Part shown: positions 54,538 to 64,000 of the stretch, piece after piece
Layout of the letters: each line of letters begins with the position of its first letter
How positions within the stretch are numbered: position 1 is the stretch's first letter
Source of the DNA: Adineta vaga
Lineage: Eukaryota > Animalia > Rotifera
Assembly (NCBI GenBank): GCA_021613535.1
Contig: CP075493.1
Span: forward strand, 7,068,001 to 7,132,000
Direction: 5' to 3'
Length of the DNA: 64,000 bases
The notes under the pieces: model-generated
Databases searched by the model: none
Seen by the model: only the letters and a program-made list of their open reading frames with translations
What the model was told of the DNA's origin: nothing
Program-made: the position numbers and the translations under genes

Positions 54538-56307
54538 TTATTCGGACGTTTGATTTAAAGTATAAAATAATAGATAAGCTTTGGAATTGAAATGCAATTT
54601 ATCAGAAGGTAAAGATTTGATTTGATCATCATCACATTCAAACCATTGCGATTGATTTCGAGAGAATGTTGTATAATGTCCATCGTTTATTGAACCATTA
54701 TGATTGATAACAGAATAAAGTGTATAAAGTGTTTGAGCCGTTGGTGGAGAAAAACAATATTGTTTGACATCGAAATTATCCTCAGGATAAAGTACAAGAG
54801 TATTATTTTTCATCCATTTTTGTTCGACATTCAATTCAAATCTTCATAAAAAATGAAATTATCGATACTTGCTTCAAATATTCTTACCTTTTAAATTGAA
54901 TTATTAAAATCTTCGGAAATTTCTCAATTTCTAAACGTCGTTCAGCATCACAAAGATATTTACATACAGGACCTAGAAAAGTTGACTATATGAAATATAT
55001 AAGATTACTATTCGAACCTACAAAACCATTTCGAATCATCGGTTAGATATTCACATTGACTGACAGCTGCAAGACAATCTTGTAATGTACATTGATTTGT
55101 TGATGAAATTGGAAGAGATAGACAAATAAAAGGTTCTAATCGAGAAGAAGATTGCTGACATTGTAAACATGTTGTCGTTGTTTTGTAACTACCCTGAATG
55201 TAAAGAAAAAAGATTATGGATTAGATATAACTTTACTAGAAAATACTAACATAAAATAAGTCAAGAAATGTTAAATTATTTTCTGTTTGATTGATATTCT
55301 GATTTTCATTGTCCGATTTTATCTATGGAAAATAAATCGATAATTCTTTTCTATGAGTTTTATCTTCATTCTTACTTTTGTTATATCTTTATCTAAACAA
55401 TCCAATAAAAGTAGAAGAAATTCATGAGCATCTTGTTGTTGATTTTTGAAATAAGCATTGTTTAAATGACCAAAAATTTGTTTGAATGGATTCGGTGTTA
55501 AAACACAATAATCACCACAAGATAATAATAATAATAGATTCAAATATTCATTCAATATAGTTCCTTCTGAATACGATCGAATTTCAATACTGAACTCTTT
55601 TTCAGTTAGCAAAAAATCAGTTAATAAAGAAGTTAATGATAATGATTGGAGCACTGAATTCATATAACAAGTTCCACCGAGATTTTTCAATCCACATAGC
55701 TCTTGTGTTTGTTTGGATACCTTAGAAATAGCGTGATAATCTTGAACAATTTGACGATGAAACCAATCATCGTATAAAATGGATTTTATCTGCTCGTCTC
55801 TTGCACGGCTATTATCAAATAAATAAAACAGTTTGAGAATAGAAAGAAATTGCTCGTCTCAACAGCATCTTACCTTTCTATAACGTCAAGATTATAATTT
55901 CGTGAATAATTGTTATCCCAAAATTCTCGTCTATTCACATCATAACAGACAGCAAATGACATACATCTTGCTACGATTGATAATGATTGTAATTTTTCTT
56001 TTTGTAAAGTTAATTTAAATTGAAATAAATCTGTATTAGTGTCTGAATAGTATACCATATGATGTGCATCTATAGTAGAACTTGTCTTCCATTGATCAAT
56101 GGTAAAACGAATAGAAACGTGTTTATGAAATGAAATATTGTTAACACGTACAGTCCCATAAACAGTAATACCTCTCGTAAACATATCTTCTAATGCGATT
56201 TGTTGTTCATAGATACGTTGAAGAAGATTCGACGGACGTTGAAAATTTTTTGGCATACGAAGAGAATATTCTCGATTGACAAGTGGTTTCTCAGATGAGA
56301 CGCTCAT
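54538..56307 (-). CDS. CBM21 (glycogen-binding) - USP deubiquitinase fusion protein, 6 exons, ~500 aa
   Basis: Exon 1 is CBM21 (VYGTVRVNNISFHKHVSIRFTIDQW, TDLFQF, FAVCY, WDNNYSRNY). The 65-nt intron 55873-55809 joins it in frame to a USP domain (GLKNLGGTCYMNSVLQSL, QQDAHEFL, CLQC, LSLPI, WFCPVC, PKILIIQLKRF, YSVINHNG...GHYT, WFECDD). Confidence 0.85.
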
Positions 56308-57912
56308 ATTAGATTTCGCTTTGAAATAAAGATCACTTGTAGCATTAAATAAGCCTTTTCATGTGAATAAGATTCTGAAACTATCTAAAAAAAACAATAC
56401 TTAAAAGGTCATATGAAATTATTTAATTCTATTCCCACTAAAGGTATTTGCCCTGAAGACATACTTAAAGTTGTTTTCATGCAAAGTAAACATAATACAA
56501 TGCACATCGAAAGAAAATATTTGCTTACTTTCAAAAGATTGATGACTGTTCTTATACATGTAAACTAACGAAAATTTTATTCCACTAGGGTCGCTCGAGG
56601 ACAAGATAGAACGTTATAGTTTTAACTATCTAATCATCGAACTCAGGCACTTGGTTAGTACAAACGATCGATGTTCATTGAAGAATATGATGATATTTTG
56701 AAAATTAACTACGAAATAATTATTTCTGAAATAGAATTGTCAATGAATCTAGATAATATCTGGTGAGAAAAGAAAGATGTTCAATCTATAAAACTCTCTT
56801 CTTCTCGTTCATATTAAAAGACATCGATCAAATTAATTGATTCTAAGTATTCATTAGAGAATCTATATCGATAGTTGGATTAAATCTTTGAAAGTGTTTC
56901 ATTAACTCTTGTTCGCTTTGACTATAGAATTAAGTTTGACAGGTTAAAAATCTAATGAAAATCTAAACTCAAGATTATACTTATAGCAAGATCGCTTTGC
57001 TGAGACTGGGAATGTATGATGAAGAGCAAGAAGAATACAACTCAAAATTCAATTTTCTTGACGAAAAACCATCATATGATGCACTTTTTGATAAAAATCT
57101 TCAATGCTAAAAGATCCAAAATCATAATTTTACTGCTGATGAAAAGGTAATATTCCATAACAACTAATATTTCCATATGGTATCCGTATCCGCCATTTTG
57201 ATTTTTTTTTTCGTTTTGTGAAATAACTAGTCTAAATTTGAACCAATCAAACTTTCCCTTTGTTTTTTTCTTTTGTCCATCCTGTCGTTACTTTCTCTTG
57301 CTGTTCTTTTTCTTTCTACACACACCTATTTTGACTACTTCTGTCTTTTTTCCTCTCAATCGTTCATGATAAAAATCAACAAACTTCCTCTGTAAGTTAT
57401 TAAAAAAAAGCATATCATATTGCTATTTTTATACAGTTTCTTGCTTATAAATATATCAATTCATGTATATAATTATCTTTCTATTACTCTAAATGAGAAC
57501 GATCTGACGAGCATATTAAAACTATATATATATACATACATACATACATACATACAATTACATTCTTCCTTTCAATACGGCCAATTGATCGATCTCTCAC
57601 TATTTTGTTCCCTCTTCACGATGGATGGACGGCGCCGTTTATACGCCTGCATACAGATACATATATGCACAAGGCAAAGGAAAACGTTGCTCATTTTCTT
57701 TCTCTCTTTCTTTCTTTTACTTTACTACTCGTTCTTCATTTCTTCCTTCTTCTATACGTCGGTAAAATCATCATCATAATCATCATCGTCGTCGTCGTCA
57801 TTTTACATTTTTTCGTTTTGATTTCTTCTAGTTTTATAGAGATGTTCTGTATAAAATTACAAACTCATTATTCATCATTTCATTCTTCGATTTTTCATTG
57901 GTAAAATATTCA

Positions 57913-60900
57913 ATGAAAGTTATTATCAGTTTTGGTGAAAAAAAAGTTGTTGTACCATGTGGTTTCGATGGCGATATATCTATACGTGAATTAATTCAAT
58001 CAGCAACAGCGAAATATTCCAAATTAGTAAGTCTATTTTCATAGACATATAGAAATTTAATACAATAGAAAGCAATTGAAGACATATGCGTATACATGTC
58101 AATCACATAAATGAAATGATTGTCTTTTCTAGTCTTATAATACTGGTTCGATTCTGAACAGTGATCAAGTTCAATTACGATTAAATAATGGTGCTGTCGT
58201 CGATCCTGATGATCGAGTTTGTGATGTAGTTGATGATCGAGAAGAAGTAATTTGTTATTTGTTTTTTTTTGATTAATTATATTATTTTATTTAAAATTTC
58301 ATGTAGTTATTTGCTGTTATCGATTCTCATCAATCAATCTATCCATTCTATACACCACCGGCAATGAATAGCAATGGAGAATTATCTTCTAGTGTAACAA
58401 GTTCGAATCTTTCATCAAGTTTATCAGAACATGAACGTTTAATGATGCCGTCTTCAACAAATCGTCATGAAGTGATTGTAACTGACGCTGATCTTCGAAG
58501 TAGGTCATCTCTATTCTCTTATCAATCGTTGATTTTAAACGATAAAAATGAAGAGAACGAAATTTGAACTTGTAAATCATGTTCACGTCAAGAACATTGA
58601 ACAACAGGCAAAGTGAACGATGATGAAGAAATTTGAGTATATACTATCTATGCGTGTGTATGTGCGTGACGATTGATAAATGAGATAGGTCTGATTACAT
58701 GTTAACGTTGTCATAAAAATAACATGTCCTTGAAAGTGAATTAAACTTCTCTTACATCAGGTTAATGAGAAAGAAAAAGTTTCTTTTTACAAGAAAAGAA
58801 AGCATGAAACATTAACCCAATGAATTTCGCACATCATTGATAGACATTTTTATCGATGATTGATTGTTACTGTTTTTGACCGCTCTTCATATAAACACGA
58901 TTGAACTTATTCATATTTTTGTTGACTAGAAAGAAAGAAAGAAGAAGAAGAAGAAGAAGAAAAGAATTTTTGAATATTACCCAGCAAGTAGTTTCATATT
59001 ACTATAATAAAAGTGATCATTAAGGACATCGAATAGAAAGAAAGGTTAACGGATTTATACGAACGATTTAAAAATCACATCCTTTTATTTTATGACTCAG
59101 TAAGCATTCTTGACTAGTCTGAAAATTTTCGTTATTATTTCTAATTTCTCACGAATAGAAACGAACAATATCTTTACGAATCATTAAATTTTATAATCTC
59201 TTTTCCTTTGTAAGATATCTTTGATGAATAAAACCTACAACACTATAAGCATCTACGTATGTAATCGTTTAAATAATAGGTAGCCTGCTACAAATTTTCG
59301 TAGCGTCCACTCTTTCAGTTTTCTAATATATCATATTACATATCATCAACGAACACTTTATCAAATTACCGATAGGAAATATTTTATATTGTTCTTCACT
59401 GAATAATCATCATTCTTTTTCGTTCTTGTGCTTTTTCATCAAAGATTAATTCTATGATATTTTATTTCTTGATTAGAATCTTTAAAAATCAGTATAATCA
59501 ATCGAAGAATAGAAATAATAGAACTCCTTGAAAATTTCAGACGATTTTTGTACATTATACTTCAGTTTTTATTCTTTCTCTTTTCACGTTTCAATCATGA
59601 CGTCTTGAAGTTAACGTAAACATATTCGATAGATGATTTGAATAATTAAAAACAATAAAAAAATGTCAACTTTTCGTTTTTTTCTTTCTCTCTCTCTGCA
59701 GATCGATCGCTACGTGTTAAAAACGATCCTATTTACAATTCACAACAGGTAATAGATTACAAATGATTCATCTACTATCTAATATCTTCTTCTACTTCTT
59801 CTAGTCGATCTCTCACCAATCAATATCTTCAAATAATAAAACGATATATCGTCAAACAAATTCTCCTCCAACACAAGATGCAATGAGAAAGCAGTTTTCT
59901 GATGATATTGGTGAAATGTATAATGTTTACATTGATGATAAAACTGGTGATAAAGTATTTTCCATCATTCTACCAAAAGAAAATAGTCCGTTAGGAATAC
60001 ATGTTATACCATATAATGGTGATGAACAACCAGTCAACGGTCTTGTATTACAAAATATTGAAGCCGATGGACGTGTTAAACGGCATGGCATTTTACAGAT
60101 TAATGATCGAATTATTGAAATTAATCGAACCAATATTGAACGTTGTTCATTTGATAAAGCTCAATTGATATTTCGTACAGCTTTGTTAGAACCAGAGTTG
60201 GAATTAAAGATCGTTCGAAATATGAACAAACCACCAATACCACCTAAATCAGCTTCATTTCGTGCAACTAATAAACAACGTACAACATTATCAGAAATCA
60301 ATCAAAACAATGATCTTTCATTTGTTGATCATGATTCAAATATGAATTCATTAAATACAAGACGAATAGGAAAAATCATTAAAATTCTACTAGTTAAAGG
60401 TATGATTATATTCAATAGTATTTTTCCTTACATTGACCTTCATAATTTCATTGATAATGCATGTCGACAAGAAAAATTGATTAACCTAGGCAATAGAAAT
60501 CCTTGATGTCAAGTTTCTCGTCACAACTAATGAAATGTAATCATATGTAGAGATGAATGGATGGTAGACACGTTAGATTGGCAAATGGATATTTAAGTTG
60601 TATTAGTCCAAAAAGGTCATGAGGAATGAGACTAATGAATGATTTTATTAACTTCATAGTAGAGTTCAATTGCATGAATTCAATCAAATATTCGACTGAT
60701 ACAAACAAAAAGAAATGTATCTGTATAATGCATAGTTTTATATTCGCAAATACTTGAAAAGTTCTGTTTATTAGTAATTGACTTAGTGTATATGTTTTTT
60801 AGGAAATGATGGTCTTGGTTTTAAACTTGCCTCACGTGATAATCCTACCGGTGTTGCCAATCCAATATATGTAAAAACAATATTTCCAAAAGGTGCAGCT

Positions 60901-62404
60901 ATCGAAGATGGACGTTTACAACGTGGTGATCGATTATTATCAGTGAATACTATTGATATCACGCGAATGTCCTTACAAGAAACAGTTGGTTTATTACGTG
61001 AAACACGTGTTGGTGATGCAGTGGAATTCTGTATATCAAGACAACACGATGGATTAGTACTATCAGATCTAGTATGTTTTAATACTACAAAAAAGATTCT
61101 TTTTTCATTTACGATTATTTTCAAGGTAAATGACGAAACATCTATCATTGATAATACAGCACATGAAATTAAACCACAAATCATGACATTTGATATACCA
61201 TTAAACGATACATCTTCAGCTGGTCTTGGAATAACGTTGAAAGGCAAAACATCAATTGTTGACGGACAGTCAGTAGATTTAGGAATATTTATTAAAAGTA
61301 TATTAACTGGTGGCGCAGCATCTCGAGTATGTTTATTTTTTATTTTAAAAATGATATTTATTGACTAGTTTTTGCTTTTGATTGTGTAGGATAATCGCTT
61401 GCGTCCAAATGATCAACTTCTTGTTATTAATGATTCATCATTAGTAAATATATCAAATTTAGAAGCTGCTGCTATCTTACATGAAGCTGTTCGACGTGAA
61501 ATTCATCCTGGATTTATCAAAGTAACAATATCACGTCTACCAATAACATACGAAAATGAACAGGAACGTTTGAATTCAACTAAATATGTCAAAGAAACGG
61601 ATTTATCACTACCTTCACTATCATTAATTCCAGTCAATAACGATGAAAATGAATTAGATCTAACAACATTTGTTCCTCCACCACCTCCTATCAGTCGAAA
61701 ACCATCGTTACAACAATCAAGTAAATCTTTCTTGACTTTAACATTCATTGATTTATTATTATGGAATAATTTAATATCATTTAGATCATCATTCTTTCCG
61801 CATAGATCCAAATATTCGTTCTTCTAGTCCTCGTTCTTCATCTATATCGTCCAGAAATAAACAAGGTCTTCATCTACAACAAAATGAACAACGTAAGATT
61901 CTATTTTACTGCTCTTGTACAATCTCTTTTTCTAATTTTCTAGAAACTCCAGATGATGTCGATAGTAACAGGTAAATTCAAAAACTCGTTTTTTTCTCTA
62001 TTAAAGAAGAAACCTATATATTAGATCTATATTTCTAGAATAGTTTGCATAAAGTTGATTTCAAACTCTCTAAGAGCATATGAATAGAATATTGAATCAA
62101 TATATTTTATTATAATCATTTAGAGTAAATCCATTTGAACGTGAAACATTATTTCGTCAAAGTGTCTCTGAAAAACGTCGTCTAACACATCAACGAAATA
62201 AACAAGTTATTCAATGGAAACAACGATCATTTCATGAAAGTCGAACACAAAATGAACGAAGTAAGTTTAGTCAGATTGTTAATCATTATTTATTTCATAT
62301 AATAAATCATTGGTTTTTTGATTAAAATGAGTTCTTATTGCAGAATCATATCCGATATCGACTGCAACATCAATTGAAATTCTTACACCTCTCATCGATA
62401 TCTC

Positions 62405-62435
<31 letters not shown>

Positions 62436-64000
62436 AATGAGACAGATGAACATTGTCGATATTCTGTGACGAGACGAGCAGGTCTCTATCTCTCTTTTCT
62501 TTTTTGAAATTATTTCATTTGTTGTTGCATGTCTACATTGACGAAAAAACACTTGTTTATGATATGGGACATCTTCTTATATCGAAAAAAAAGCAATGCA
62601 TGTTTCTTGAAGAAAAAAAAACAGTTCATTTTTTAATGAGCATGTCTTTTGTTTTTCATTTCAAAGTTCAATTTATAAATTAAATTTTTTATGTTTTATT
62701 TAAATAGAACAATCAACTCGTGTATTACCCGATTCAACTTCGAATAAAAATCGTACATCGCCAAGTTTAATTCGTTCGTCATCATTAGAAAGTATTCCTA
62801 AAATCATCGACGAACGTGAATCATCGAAATCTATATCAAACAATGATGAAGAGCGAAAACGTCAAGCAAAACTTCGTAGTCGAGCATGTAATGATTCGTT
62901 TCGACAAGCTGTAGATAAATCCTACGGTCAAAATTCAAATCTAAATGATGATGGTAAGACTATCATAAAGAAAGAGAACAGATTTTGCAGTAAAAAAAAG
63001 ACGTTATTTTTACTGGAAAATATCATACTTCAAAAAGAACGAGTAGGATGAACTGATTGTTGATTAGAAAGTGATGTTCTGACCTTGACGTACTTTATTA
63101 TGAAATTTTTTGTCATAGCGGATATCAATGTGTCTTTATGAAACGGGAAATCGTCATTAATGTTGATGATTACTTCAGTGGGCAGTAGTATTGAGTAAGA
63201 ATTCATTTCCCAACGGTAATTATTTGTCGGAAATATTCAAAAGTTCATTTCCGCATAACTGAATCAAATTATCCAATTTTCAAGGTTGTAAATGTAATAA
63301 TGTGTTTAGATTTGATAGATGAAGTTAAATCAAATAAATCAGATAAACAACGATTTCGTTTTTCAAATTTATTTACAACTAAGTAAGTTTCTTCTTTTTT
63401 ACATGATAGTATCATTATTTATGTTTCTTTTCGTGATCATTTATTTCAGATCAAAACGAAAAGAATATCCCGAAGAAAGGTAAGAATAATTTTCTTTTGT
63501 CGTTTATTATCTCATGTCTTTTCCTATACATAGAATATCAAAAACGATTCCTATACAATATCAATTAGCATCTCATGACATTCGACCGATATTATATTCA
63601 CTCCCACCACCTGCACCTTTTAGTTCTCGACAAGATTCAGTTTCATCATCCTCATCTTCATCCGCACAAAGATCATTGAAAATTCCACACGTATACTGAA
63701 TATTTACACTCTTTTCCTCATTCTTAATTTAATATTTAGAAGAATAATCGTCCTTCAGCGGTATTTTCCTATTCACTATCTTCAAATGAACAAACACAAC
63801 AACAGCAACAAGGTTATCAACTATACCGTTTCAATACATCCACTCAAACACCTTCTTCAAATAAACCAAAATCGGAACATTTCACTTCAGTTCGTCATGA
63901 ATTCCATGGATTTCATGATTATCAAACAAAAAACATTCCAAGTCAATCATCTCTTTCGATCAATAATCAAAAATCATCTGGTAAACGAATGGATATTATT
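57913..64000 (+). CDS. par-3: Par-3/Bazooka polarity protein (3' end beyond window)
   Basis: N-terminal oligomerisation domain MKVIISFGEKKVVVPCG. Three PDZ domains (PLGIHVIP; GLGFKLASRDNP...IYVKTIFPKGAAIEDGRLQRGDRLL; IPLNDTSSAGLGITLKG). aPKC-binding-like FERETLFRQSVSEKR, SSSLES, RSRACNDSFRQAVDKSY. Confidence 0.92.

Overview
AT-rich, gene-dense eukaryotic DNA with many short (~50-65 nt) GT-AG introns. Metazoan genes are mixed with apparently foreign ones, which fits a bdelloid rotifer (inference). About 17 protein-coding genes are visible: PRRC2/BAT2-like, PARP16, intronless MEK5 (MAP2K5), an unknown disordered protein, a Thg1-like 3'-5' polymerase, C11orf96-like, a divergent GPCR-like protein, WDR26, an intron-containing Bacillales-type GH13 alpha-glucosidase, Greatwall/MASTL, a possible FAM186-like gene, a proline-rich GPELYHL-repeat protein, a MATH-like/coiled-coil protein, a cyanamide-hydratase-like HD protein, a PACSIN-like F-BAR lacking SH3, a CBM21-USP fusion, and par-3 (runs off the end). 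Highlights: (1) an in-frame spliced fusion of a glycogen-binding CBM21 domain to a complete USP deubiquitinase, a candidate glycogen-targeted DUB; (2) a probable CUG-initiated, NLS-bearing N-terminal extension of WDR26, overlapped by an out-of-frame uORF; (3) three probable horizontally acquired enzymes; (4) a family of short palindromic MITE-like elements clustered around one of them. Several apparent frameshifts fall at short homopolymers and are most likely assembly errors. All calls are from reading the sequence and recalling family motifs; no searches were run.
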